In this document: positions 12,801 to 22,653 of the stretch, one piece after another
How the letters are laid out: each line of letters opens with the position of its first letter
Numbering within the stretch: position 1 is the stretch's first letter
Assembly: GCA_040285825.1 (NCBI GenBank)
Contig: JAUPSS010000008.1
Span: forward strand, 620,001-684,000
Reading direction: 5' to 3'
Length of the DNA stretch: 64,000 nt
DNA from: Eukaryota sp. TZLM1-RC
Lineage: Eukaryota > Protista > Metamonada: BaSk clade
Notes under the pieces: generated by a model
Seen by the model: the letters and a program-made list of their open reading frames with translations, nothing else
Told to the model about the DNA's origin: nothing
Databases searched by the model: none
Translations under genes and position numbers: made by a program

Positions 12801-14828
12801 ATTAACATTAACTACTTCCAAAACTTGAACACTCCGAGTCCCTATTCCTGTATCTCTAAATACTACCGAATCTTTTGAGAACTCAATACAAGGTTTACAC
12901 ACAGTTCCAGACAGCTCTATTGAAGGACAGAAGTGATGTGGCAAGGTAAGGGGATTTTCATTGGACCTACACAGTAGTATCCTCAATAAGCAAGCATGGA
13001 AAAGGTGGTGGAGGTCAATTAATCTATCAACTGGGTGGAATTGAACAGTAATAATAGAGTAAGTTCTAGGAGGGATGATACCCCTTTGTGGTGTAACTGA
13101 AAAAGACTTTGACGTGTTACAGACAAGAATATCAAAAAACTGATCACAATCACCATCATTTTTGATTGAAAAAGTTCTGCAAACTGGCCTATTGGGAACT
13201 GTTGAGCCAAATACTAGTCGTTGAACCGAAACCTTGACATTAGGTATTGGTAAATTATTACTAGAGATGTTTTCAGGAAAAGAATCTCCGAAACAAGGAA
13301 TATTTAAAAAATTCGACGGCCTCGGTTCTGAGACCAACTCTCTCGACCTTTGAAATTTTGGAGTACTGAATATTTCAATATTTTCAGAGTAGAGCTCATC
13401 TTTAAACTTTGGATAAAAGGTTACTTTGATTTCCTTTTCTTCACGAGGACCCACATCTAACCTAGTTGGGGTAACAAAAAAAGGAGCCTTGATAGGTGAA
13501 ATGTTGAGAGTGTAAGTAATATTTGAATAATTAAACAATTTTAGTTTTTTTACTGATTTAGTGTTTGGAAATAACGAGTAAAATTCCAAAAAAGAGTGAA
13601 TACTTTTAATTTCTTGATTGAAATTCTCCTTTCCAAAAGGCAAAATTAATTCGTTCAAAGAAACCATTTTTTGGGGGTCACTCAATTCCTCTAAACCATG
13701 GTTAATGGATTTATCAAACGAAAACTGATTCTTTAACCAAAACAATTCCTCACTTGGAGAACCAATAAAACCATGGAGTTCTTGATAGGATTTGAGGTGT
13801 GAAGGAAGAAGTAAGGGTGGGGTTGTTAATGATCTATGGGGGTCAAGGCAGTTTCCTAATAAATCAAGGGAATAAACAAAAGCAGAATAATCGGGAACCA
13901 AGTATACTCGTTGGTAGTAGTTGCCTTGATTTGATGGATTGAAAGTAACTGCAACTGAACCTGATTGATGACGAGATAGTTGCCATCTAGTAACAGGAAA
14001 CTTAAAGACAGAGCGGCTACTGACTACTGGCGAGGTAAATACTTGAAAACTGATGGGGAAATCAGATTCGTTTTTGACTGTGACAGGATAAGACAACACT
14101 TTCCCCTTCTGAACACTGCCAAAGTCAATCAAACTGCTGGACAATGATAGTTGAGGACTCGCCACCTCCACCTTGACAGAAAAAGTAACAGGAGATGCTA
14201 AACCAGGAACAGATAAAGAAAACAAGTCAGAAATAACAAGACTTGATAAAGAAACGCAATTAACACAAACTTGAATAGCCAGAGTCTCATTAGGGGGAAC
14301 TGTTGCTGACTGAGGGGATAGGGAGAAGACTTTGCTATGGGAAATCAAGGTTTCTGAAGGAGTGGAGGGGGTTGGGGATTGGGTAGGGGAGATGGAGTCA
14401 ATGGTGAAGTAGAGAGGGACGAGAGATTTGTTGCAAATGAACAGGCGTTTGACATGGGAAGAGTTAGGGGGAACAGTACCAACATCAAGAAGTGTGGTTG
14501 AGAGGAAAGGGAACGGCTGTTTGGATATTCCAGTGATTTCTATGGAGTGCTTGCGGGATTCCTGGGGGTAATCTGTAGTGCTAAGAGTGAGAACAAGGTT
14601 ATTGATAAGAGCAGTGCATTCTGGGGGATAAAATGATATAGTACAGGTGAGTTTCGAGTAGGGGGAGATGGTAGTCTCAGATGGTTGTATAGAGAAAGGA
14701 TAAGCAAGTTCTGCATCAACTGTGATAGCAGAAGAAGAAGTGTTGACAATAGAAAAGGGGCGTTCAGATGAGACACCAACAGGCACAAAACCAAAATCTA
14801 CACGATCGTCACATTCAAAAGACAGCAT
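9837..14828 (-). CDS. CFAP65: Cilia- and flagella-associated protein 65-like (repeated ASH/PapD-like domains)
   Basis: 1663 aa with repeated DFG...L/I.N.S Ig-like modules; YYQRVYLV...LDLLGNC and LEPWA segments resemble CFAP65. Confidence 0.75.
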   Translation of the reverse strand: MLSFECDDRVDFGFVPVGVSSERPFSIVNTSSSAITVDAELAYPFSIQPSETTISPYSKLTCTISFYPPECTALINNLVLTLSTTDYPQESRKHSIEITGISKQPFPFLSTTLLDVGTVPPNSSHVKRLFICNKSLVPLYFTIDSISPTQSPTPSTPSETLISHSKVFSLSPQSATVPPNETLAIQVCVNCVSLSSLVISDLFSLSVPGLASPVTFSVKVEVASPQLSLSSSLIDFGSVQKGKVLSYPVTVKNESDFPISFQVFTSPVVSSRSVFKFPVTRWQLSRHQSGSVAVTFNPSNQGNYYQRVYLVPDYSAFVYSLDLLGNCLDPHRSLTTPPLLLPSHLKSYQELHGFIGSPSEELFWLKNQFSFDKSINHGLEELSDPQKMVSLNELILPFGKENFNQEIKSIHSFLEFYSLFPNTKSVKKLKLFNYSNITYTLNISPIKAPFFVTPTRLDVGPREEKEIKVTFYPKFKDELYSENIEIFSTPKFQRSRELVSEPRPSNFLNIPCFGDSFPENISSNNLPIPNVKVSVQRLVFGSTVPNRPVCRTFSIKNDGDCDQFFDILVCNTSKSFSVTPQRGIIPPRTYSIITVQFHPVDRLIDLHHLFHACLLRILLCRSNENPLTLPHHFCPSIELSGTVCKPCIEFSKDSVVFRDTGIGTRSVQVLEVVNVNYDLKVDYCWEFDRNSPFSAQHRNGIVDGNSKEEMSLVFAPEDEGYFTSEAVLFVKSFNYTEKYVIKLSGSSVPSSVSFDFEQFLLGNCLIGSPSIFPLTLHNNSSAPVKCSLMSIIKEKGYEFSGSFAGNNSILDGQINNEDSAHLATVSINPQSITIPAKGFMTVDLNVTPHAVGHISGEVKVILPSVSSSIGFSLTGVYPSLFIDDVAFSRNPLKVVNGQFGINHVLPKSCSSALFNINKINNLLLGIPTKNELLFAESSGFVDKDSSELLSLLKTVEITFPLSQEGEPSSIFEVLIQNVGCVDARISLLSSSSFKVDLEPWAMETVHRGGGDAPLVNDVGEKEGDCSVDDVFDCSSDCFTIEAGNSFILKLSANHSFSGVFKSNIVFKIANGKIFNLELFSATLPKHSSIIDVSQIIYLPLFVTGANQLPVAVDSGIKPSTVDLGDVSIGSKHFFAMTFRNISTIPIRIRLDKGTKSSRQDERPINFKFNSFKDVLLQRNSSGSVCLTLNSDNFGLFSEKIKLWAEFQGFCVEFLLEIKFNVVDLKLYSFPIKPSSMTSFLPVSDNNSWGNLSFSPISLFCSPLPGTIIRKMIQVTNSSSTDHYLFKWRLDSVPIDLNSNISANHSLVTSIFPASGEILPATTVTFTLCVLAGCINEVLDLRLVLTNETLKQKLGGIYDSMRKEYLERDQSDDSGDSDSEGDDELFNDPNHEPLTRRSVHLTATVASVARSRAQIGSVKAPPGYKADTRKFSSKTKGDPHSYPESELCRLKEIASSQTFRSLSRRKHEIGPRRDQSTSGDVSIAKFLPENFGSFSSEDALNSIQAFCSWDVFGCISISPCDVSLNSPIVLPNFSNSEVYFPKIDDRQTKLLHLVVNDLVQSISSTVEPRLLELPFIENPLIGFDSGNFDRHSLLRSHFPNNDNFDKYKNLLGEFQTMCKQHHNTITSTTMVSYNKPTVNKWEFKLLEDVVQNLVRNITLNLNIN

Positions 14829-14862
14829 AGGCGCTAGGAAGAAACTATTATTGAAAGATTTA

Positions 14863-14952
14863 TTTTCAAGATTTTGGAGAGGAAATCTTGGTTCAATGAA
14901 TTTCGTCCCATTAGTTATGAGTTTATTTTGTTAAGTGTGCAATTTCAATAAA
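14863..14952 (+). mobile_element. Short 3' fragment of non-LTR retrotransposon family R3
   Basis: CAAGATTTTGGAGAGGAAATCTTGGTTCAATG...CCCATTAGTTATGAG...AATAAA matches the 3' ends at 32500-32590, 60290-60376 and (reverse) 41742-41830. Confidence 0.8.
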
Positions 14953-15325
14953 TTTAATGCATGCTTAAACAATGATGATGAAAACACCAGATTGTTGTTT
15001 AGTAATATGAAAAATTGACCAAATAATGAAATGAGATGTACAGAAGTGAGTCCTGATCTAATTCTTGCTCACTTGTTCTCATCTTGACAATTTGGTAGTA
15101 CTGGGTCAACAAAGCCTTCAATTGGGTGGTGGAACAAATTTTGTTTTTGAATTTCTGAATCGTTAATGAAAATTGTTTTTTGCTTGATCAATAATCTAGT
15201 TAAAGTTGCCCTGAAACAGTTAACGAGATTCCTGCAGTGAATATGGTAAAATTTAGGGAATGGCGTAAAGAAGCTTCAACAACAACTTACAGTAACTGTA
15301 AAAGTATTGGATTGCAAAGCATGTT

Positions 15326-16613
15326 TTACCATGGCCAAACAAAAGAATCTTGCTTTTGCAAATTGTTTGCTGGATGTTCACGTAACATTGTCATTAAAAA
15401 CCATTGATTTAATTGTAATCTGGAAAAGCTGGCGACGGACACAACCTCATTGATGTATAAATTATCTGATATTTCCTCCTCCAGAGTATCCTTCAGTTTA
15501 TCACTTTCAAACGGTTTTATTGACGGTTTTTCTGTTGAAGAAAACACGGAAAATTGCGGACTAATACAACTGAAGGAAGTGTCAATCATTCGGACACCAG
15601 AGGTATCTTTTTTATAAATAAAATAAAGTGGTGATAAGTAGTTGACATTTTCCTTGTGTGTTGATGGCATAGAGACATCTATGGATTCAATATTGTTTAT
15701 TTGAAATTGCCAGAATGTACTGCAACAAAGCTAATATAGACAGAGCCTAATACAAGAGCAGCATGATATATGTTTGAATTTGGGTGAAAATTGTACTGAA
15801 GAATTTCAAAATTGGTTTAGGAGTGAAACAGAAATTAGTTTTACCGTTCCCTTAAAAACAATACAATTGAAAAATTTGGCAGCAGCTAGTAAAGGTAATA
15901 AAATTAAATCATCAAAACCAATAATCCTGTCCCAAAGTAGAAAAAACTGATCAATGGTTATGTAGTTAACATTTGTACCTAGTTAACGCTAGGAACACCT
16001 TGCCGGCAAAAATGACGACACTGGGGAGGGTAGTGCTTCCCTGCGACGTCAGCAGCTAATTTAATACGTGAATTAACAGAATTATTATTTGAATTATTAA
16101 ATGTTAAATCGTCAACTCCTATCTGAACATACTTGTTTGGCGAAAGCTCTGTGAATTCATTAGCTAGATTGGTTAAGCTAAGAACGTGCATGGAGAGCTT
16201 GATAAGGCCCCATGGTGATAGGGAAGGTTCATTGTTACGGTTAGGAGAAGAGAGAGACTGAAGAACGGAGAACAGTTCCTCCGGCTCCCACACGTAACGA
16301 AGGGACATAAAGTCAACGGACGAGGATGTGACAGAATCTACAAGCGGGAGTTTGCTTTCACGGCGAAGATCTTCCAGGGCTGCGACGACATGGCGTTCCC
16401 AACGACGACGTGCGGAAAGAATGACTGGATGGGTTTCGATTGGAGTGGAGATTTTAGATTTTGTTGATTGAGAGATAGCCCCTCTGGTGTCTTGTTGATA
16501 CACTTGGTGTAAGCACTTGCTACAGATTCAGGACTATAGCGTTGTTTAAGCAATTCTAGTTTCAAACGTCGACGAAAAAACCAATATTCTGTAGTATCTT
16601 TATAGGTACTCAT
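15326..16613 (-). pseudogene. TBC1D19-like Rab-GAP gene, fragmented
   Basis: ARRRWERHVVAAL...KLPL, GLIKLSMHV...ELSP...QIGVDD and, after a stop, DQFFLLWDRIIGFDDL match TBC1D19 N- and C-terminal motifs; the middle is missing or displaced and the frames are broken. Confidence 0.6.
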
Positions 16614-16991
16614 TGAAAGGTGTGGAGATGTGTAGTTTGTGCTACTACTGAAAGCCTATTAGGAAGGTTGGAGAGGTCAAGATATTGCTGAAGTACGGAC
16701 CTTTGAATGTTGAGATGAAAAACAAAGAAAAAGTTTGATAAAGATGAATTTTGGATGATGAAACTGATGGCAAACCATTTGAAACCCAATTACCAACATC
16801 AGTGACACAACATACTGCTTTCAAGAGAGAAACACAACAGAAACCTGATATCTCGATAGATGTACCTTTAATAAACTGTTTAAACAATCTTTATTTCAAT
16901 ATAGCAAATAGAAGAAAAGTTGTCGACATCGAAACCAAATTTTGAAAATAACCCAAACTCAACAATCAATCATTTCTGATTGTCTGACACT

Positions 16992-18225
16992 ATGCCGTGT
17001 TCCGTCTGCCGGGCGGCCACCCACAACCGACGTACTTGTCCTCAGAGACAAGTGTCATCACCAGATGATAATGGTTGGATTCCAGAAGCAGCGCACCACC
17101 CAAGTACTGGCTTAAATGAGGGCGAAAGGCCACTCCCAGTTCCAGTTCGCCCGCCACCAGACCCTCTCCCGTCTGCCACAACCACGACTGTGCCTGTAAG
17201 CCTCCCAAGATTCTTTGCCTCTCGTGCTGCTCAAGCTATTGAGGCACAGCTTATTCACTTACGAGATGTTGCTTTCTATGCCACCTTATTGGCACGAAAG
17301 CTTCTATTAGAATATCCGCATCTGTCCTGCTGGCTCGCTCACCGTCAATTCTGGTCGCAGTGCTTCGACTGCGTCACCCACAGTCGACCTAAAATTACCT
17401 TTTTTTCGTGGCGGTTGATCCAAACCATTCAAATTTATGTGGTTGGACAACTGGACATTGTTCACAAGAGAATAGGGTAATTGTTGAACAATCTGGAATT
17501 CTACTGAATCCGAAAGCAAAAGTAATTGATTTTCCCCAGCCACTCACTCAATCCTCTGTGAACACTTATTCCGTTGAGAGCTTCAACAGGTATCTCATTG
17601 AAATAGCTTCACTGATAAGGAATGATGAGCAGGAAACAATTTCTTTGGTTTCCCAAACTTTGTCCAATAGTACAGCGAGAGTTTTGAGACGAAATAAGTT
17701 TGATTTTGTGATAAGAAGACAAAAAAGGTTCATTCATTTTATTAACAAAATTAAGAGACTAGCTAATAACAGGGAAACTATTATTTGGTTTGGTAATGGT
17801 GGTAATGGACCTTCTCGACAATCCACCAAAGCCCCAACTAAGAAGTTTCTGACAGAAGTAAAGAAATACTTTGCCAATGTGAAGGTTGGAGATGAATACA
17901 TGACATCTGCCAAAACCAATTGTTGCAAGGTACATCACAGGAAGGTGTATCATGAAGGCACTCGAAGAATCAATAATGCTTACTTTGAATGTCCTAGATG
18001 TGATGAACGCTGGTCTAGAGACATTTCCGCTTCAAGAAATCAGCTAGAGATTGCGATTTCTGAACATTTTACTGGGATCAGACCAGAGACATTTAGAAGG
18101 GAGGTGAGAGAGTGATAGTTGTTTGTATCCATGTATTGCCTTCGGGCGCTGTGATCCTGAAAAGGAAACCGTATAAGGGAATGGAGGAATGCTACTTGAT
18201 GTATGCATTTCCGATGAAATTCACA
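16992..18225 (+). mobile_element. Fanzor family B copy 1 (N-terminal CCHC knuckle, internal deletion near 17400, intact RuvC half)
   Basis: MPCSVCRAATHNRRTCP at the start; ORF 17408-18115 has VAVDPN (RuvC-I), IWFGNG, GDEYMTS..CC (RuvC-II), CPRC..WSRDISASRN (RuvC-III) and RPETFRR. Confidence 0.88.
18116..18225 (+). ncRNA. Putative Fanzor omegaRNA scaffold, family B copy 1
   Basis: GCC-TTCG-GGC (18138-47) and TCCT-GAAA-AGGA (18155-66) tetraloop hairpins, GGAATGC...GCATTTCC stem, TGTGA (18150-54) complementary to terminal TCACA (18221-25). Confidence 0.65.
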
Positions 18226-18260
18226 GAAAGATTGGATTGATGATTTGGCTCTCAACTTTA

Positions 18261-20075
18261 ATGAACAGTTGTCAATGGAGAGATCTTCAATTAGCAGATG
18301 CAACCATTAGAACCATTGAGGCCAATCTAAACTTCCCCTGTCCCGTTCCAATTCAATCCTTGGTTATACCAAACGCTCTCAGTAAAAAGGATGTTGTTGT
18401 CATATCACCCACTGGATCAGGCAAAACTTTATGCTACTTGCTTCCACTTCACACACTTTTGCTCGAGTCCCAGTCCCCCACTGCTTTGATCATTCTCCCT
18501 ACACAGGAACTTGCCCTTCAAGTGTACTCTGTTGCCCAAACCCTGTTTCGTCAGCAAGATCTGTTCTTTGTTTCCCGCCGAAAGACTTTGGGAAATCTAT
18601 CATCCACCACACTTATCATAGGCACACCTGGTGCTCTTCTCAATGAATCCATCCTTCCCCACTTTCCTAGGATCTCCTACCTTGTTTTGGATGAAGTAGA
18701 TCGTCTTTTGGACTTGGGGGGAGGTCAAATGATGGAAACTTGCAAGAAAATCATCAATCTGCTACCAAAAGATAAACGAACAATGTTCTTTTCCGCAACT
18801 ATGGACCCTGAACACAGAAATCTCTGGATCAAGACTTGTCGGTTGCGTAATCCGCTTGTACTGACTCACGATGACGTGGCATTGCAAACATCATCACGTG
18901 ACCAAGGAAGTTTTAATATTCCAGAAAGTTTGGTCAACACAGTCTGGCTAGTGAGTGAATGTGATAAAATGAGCTTGTTTGTTTCTTATTTGGAAAATCA
19001 AAGTGATCCAATCAAAATGATTGTTTTTGTTTCGACAACTGCCATGGTTGATTATCTCTTTCTAGTTTTACCAAGTTTGGTTTCTCATATAGAATTCACT
19101 TTCATACATGGTAAAATGTCCAACACAAGAAGAAGCAGAACATTGGAAGAATTTAAATCAAAAAGTTCCAATCAGAAGTCCCCAGAAGTCTTGATTGCCA
19201 CTGATTTAGTTTCCCGAGGCCTAGACATTTCTAACATTGATACTGTCCTCCAGTTAGACCCACCCCTGGACCCCTCTTCCTTTGTTCACAGAGCAGGAAG
19301 AACTGCTCGAATGGGAAAAAGGGGAAAGAATATTTTAATGTTGGTTGAGCACGAACTTGCTTTTGTGGAGTATTTGTCGCAGAAAGGAATTACTGTTATT
19401 ATTGAAAAAAAGCAAGATTTATTTAATGAATTGCTATTCAATAAATTAAGAGAAATGGCTCTTGAATCATTGAATTTACACCAGGTAGGTAAAAAAGCTC
19501 TTGTTTCCAGTATGAGGGCCTACTCCCAGCATCGATTAAGTTTTATATTCAGATTTAAACGGTTTCAAATTGCTGAAAAAGCAAGGTCAATGGGTTTGTT
19601 AAACCTTCCTAAATGTCCAGAGCTTAACCCAAAAGGAAAACCCAAAGTGAGTTATCCATCTGATTGGAAGTGGGAAAATGAAATGAAAAAGGAAATCAAT
19701 GTTGAGCATGCAAAGCAGAGGAAATGTATTGCTGGAGAGCATAATGATAATGTCAGACATGGACGGTCAAAAATGGAAGAAACAGTCGATAGGAATTTGA
19801 CTTCAATTGACTCACAACTTTTTGCCAATGTTGGTATTGATGTCAATGATCTTAAACAAATGTTTTCTGAACTCAATAGTGATGAATTTGAAAGTCGAAT
19901 TATTGATATTGAGGATTCCTTATTGAGGAAACTGAAAAGGAAAAAAATAACAAATGAAGTTTATTCTTCAATATCCAGTGCTCTTGAGGATTTTACCAGT
20001 AATATGCGAATAGAAGCAAGTAGAAAAAGAAAAATTAATAATAAATCAACCAATAAAAGGAAAAGAAAAGGGTAA
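18261..20075 (+). CDS. DDX55: DEAD-box RNA helicase DDX55/Spb4 (60S biogenesis)
   Basis: SPTGSGKT, PTQEL, DEVD, SAT, DPPLDPSSFVHRAGRTAR, YSQH..FIF, MGLLNLPKCPEL. Start placed at ATG 18261 because the upstream ATG (18189) lies inside the Fanzor tail. Confidence 0.85.
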   Translation: MNSCQWRDLQLADATIRTIEANLNFPCPVPIQSLVIPNALSKKDVVVISPTGSGKTLCYLLPLHTLLLESQSPTALIILPTQELALQVYSVAQTLFRQQDLFFVSRRKTLGNLSSTTLIIGTPGALLNESILPHFPRISYLVLDEVDRLLDLGGGQMMETCKKIINLLPKDKRTMFFSATMDPEHRNLWIKTCRLRNPLVLTHDDVALQTSSRDQGSFNIPESLVNTVWLVSECDKMSLFVSYLENQSDPIKMIVFVSTTAMVDYLFLVLPSLVSHIEFTFIHGKMSNTRRSRTLEEFKSKSSNQKSPEVLIATDLVSRGLDISNIDTVLQLDPPLDPSSFVHRAGRTARMGKRGKNILMLVEHELAFVEYLSQKGITVIIEKKQDLFNELLFNKLREMALESLNLHQVGKKALVSSMRAYSQHRLSFIFRFKRFQIAEKARSMGLLNLPKCPELNPKGKPKVSYPSDWKWENEMKKEINVEHAKQRKCIAGEHNDNVRHGRSKMEETVDRNLTSIDSQLFANVGIDVNDLKQMFSELNSDEFESRIIDIEDSLLRKLKRKKITNEVYSSISSALEDFTSNMRIEASRKRKINNKSTNKRKRKG

Positions 20076-21396
20076 TCACCAGATAAATCTTCCTATGGTG
20101 TCATTTGGAGCTTTGAATGGTTTATTTATAAATATATAAACTGTTAAAAGATTAATTAAAATTGAAATAAATACTCTTGAAATCGAAAGGAAATAATACA
20201 GTCTATTTGGAATAAAAATTTTAGTATTAAGAACTATTAAAAATATCCACATCACTGGTATAAAATACCTCAGTTCAAAGAGACTTGACATTATTAAAGG
20301 AACCAGAGTTAAAAAGAGCAATAAAAGACCTCTTAATTTAAAAATTAGAAAATAGAAGAATAACAAGAATAGAGAACAACAAAGAAGGAGCAATAAGTAA
20401 TAAAAATGGGTTTGAGGTATTGATAATTCTATACAAGTAAAATAAATAGTGACGATTATCTGAAATCAAATACAAGTGACTTATTCTTTTTCCAAAAAAA
20501 TAAACAAAAAGGAAATAAATAACACTCCAAATAACGAAACAGAATAGTAAATTAAGAAAAGTTTTCTTGGATAAATTGATAGCTTTGTTGGTTAAAATAA
20601 TGAGTTCTGGTAATAAATAAATTAATAAAAAACCAAAATAATTAATCATAGATAGATGAAGGACTGGTTTATGAGCAGATTTATCACCTAAAACGATAGA
20701 AAAATCATTGAGAATGAAAAATGTGGAAAATAAAATCAAGATTAATAAAATGCTGGGGAAAAAAGAATAACAAAAACTGAAAATAGAGTTAATTTTTGAT
20801 TTGAAATTGAGTGGACTCCTCATTATTGCTGAAACATAAGGATAATACTGAAAAACGACAATAGAAATAATAAAAATAATGTTAGTCTGCCTGAATAAAA
20901 CAGCCAAAAAACCAAAAATAAACGATTTAAATGAAGGTTTGGAAAAAGATGAGCATGATTTGAAAAATAATAAAAGGAATAATAGAGAACCAGGATCAGT
21001 GTAGAAAAGTAAGGAAAAAAACCACGAGAAGGGTAAAAGAAAGAGAGAAAGAGCTGTGAGTAAAGAGAAGTTGTCCTTGTTGGTGAGTGAACAAGCTACA
21101 GGCAAACACAGACAATAGAGAGCAAGATTGACAAGTCTAGCGGTCAGTAAAAGCCATTCAGGAGAAATAGTAAGGGTTTTGGCAATGAAAAGAAAAGGAG
21201 AAGTGATGAGGAAGAGACCAGGAAAGGTGGTTAATTTGGGATCCCACTTGTAATCAAAAGAGGAAAAAATAAGAGATTGGTTGAAATGAAAGGGTTCATC
21301 CATGTAAGGTGGTATACTTCTACAATAGAAAATAATGGGAAGCTGTAAGCAGAAGAAAAGGAGGGGTAAGAGCTGGATGGAAGGTTGTTTCACCAT
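20076..21396 (-). CDS. ALG10: Dol-P-Glc alpha-1,2-glucosyltransferase ALG10/DIE2 (one apparent 1-nt frameshift near 20340)
   Basis: PYMDEPFH, WDPKLTTFPGL, YTD, FRQTNI, LGDKSAH, SDNRHY, ELRYF, KPF...RFIW; removing one base from the homopolymer near 20340 restores a single frame. Confidence 0.9.
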
Positions 21397-22013
21397 TGTT
21401 TAGTGCCATCAAGAATTTAGAATTTGATGCAAAAGAATAATGCTGATAACAAAAAGCATTATACTTTCGAAACTCGTCAAAAACGAGATCAAGCTGCAAG
21501 AAAGCAACAATTTCGCTATCCAGTCCCAGTCTATGTGGTCCACTTCACCCTCAATTTCACCCACCTGTTCAGCTAAAGCTTCAAGATCTTATTCGCTTAA
21601 TAAAATCCACTCAACGAAGGGAGTAAGGTCATGAAAGTGACAAGAGATTGAATGTGTTCAGGAGAAAAATTCTGAAATTAAATGTAATTTTAAAAGTCAA
21701 TTAATGTTGATATTAATAATTAATTATTTGAATTCATTGATTTAAATTAAGTTTTTAGGTTCCACTTTATTGTGTTTGAAATACTTTTTTATAAAATTGA
21801 AGGAAAATTTATTACGTTACCTTAAGGTAAAACTTTTCAATGGATGTCTCTTCCATTTTTATAGATCCTTTTTACACTGGAAACTTTGTGTCACTATTGA
21901 ATTGCAGATAAAAACATGAACAAAAATGAAGGAAATAACTAACGATATACACAAAAAATATCAATAAATTACATAAATATATTTCAAAACAATCTAAAAC
22001 CTAAACTTGACAG

Positions 22014-22622
22014 CTATGCCGTCGATTCCTCAGATCTTGACCGTTTAGTTGAACCATCAGAAGATCTTCTCTTCTTTTTCTTTTTCTCAGCCCCATCTGA
22101 ATCTCTATGCTTCCTCCTCTTCCTTCTACGTTCTGTCGTGGATGATTGGGGTGATTCTGGTACAACATTTAGAGTCTGGGACTTTGAAAGTTCATCCATT
22201 TTGAAGTAAACATCATTTTGTCCCAACGATGAAGTTGTTTTGGACTTGATATAGTTGGCGATAGCCCTTGGAGCAGAGAAATTTTTAACTGCAACGGCAT
22301 GACGTAACCAATAAAGTTCTTCACTGCTCCAATCATTACTTCGACTTCCATCCAATACTAGTGGGTGAGTGGGAACATTTGCCGTTTTTTCAGTTTTTCG
22401 TGCTGATTCTGATGGTGTGGGATCAGATGCTTTTTTCGATACTACTTTGCTTGACTTAGGGTTTGGTGGAGGGGTTTCAGTTGTTTTGCTCACAGATGGT
22501 GCATCTACTTCGGGCAAAACAGTATGGTGGTCTGATTTGTGAGAAGCTAAGTTGTGTCGAATAGAGTTAGCAGCAGCTTCAAGACCATCTGCTATGACAG
22601 AGAGCAGAAACTTGGTGTCCAT
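22014..22622 (-). CDS. Hypothetical nuclear protein with SANT/Myb-like segment and basic tail
   Basis: WSSEELYWLRHAV...IANYIKSKT resembles a SANT helix-turn-helix; K/R-rich C-terminus. Confidence 0.6.
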   Translation of the reverse strand: MDTKFLLSVIADGLEAAANSIRHNLASHKSDHHTVLPEVDAPSVSKTTETPPPNPKSSKVVSKKASDPTPSESARKTEKTANVPTHPLVLDGSRSNDWSSEELYWLRHAVAVKNFSAPRAIANYIKSKTTSSLGQNDVYFKMDELSKSQTLNVVPESPQSSTTERRRKRRKHRDSDGAEKKKKKRRSSDGSTKRSRSEESTA

Positions 22623-22653
22623 TCTTGGAGATATTGTTTATAACAGTGAATAC

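Noticed and set aside
10228-14934. Short ORFs overlapping CFAP65 (and similar ones over other long genes)
   Set aside because: Antisense or alternate-frame shadows without motifs.
18189-18260. N-terminal extension of the DEAD-box helicase
   Set aside because: That ATG lies within the Fanzor tail; ATG 18261 fits the helicase start better.
20330-20395. Programmed frameshift or intron in ALG10
   Set aside because: Deleting one base in a homopolymer restores the frame; a sequencing or assembly indel is simpler, and no convincing donor site is present.
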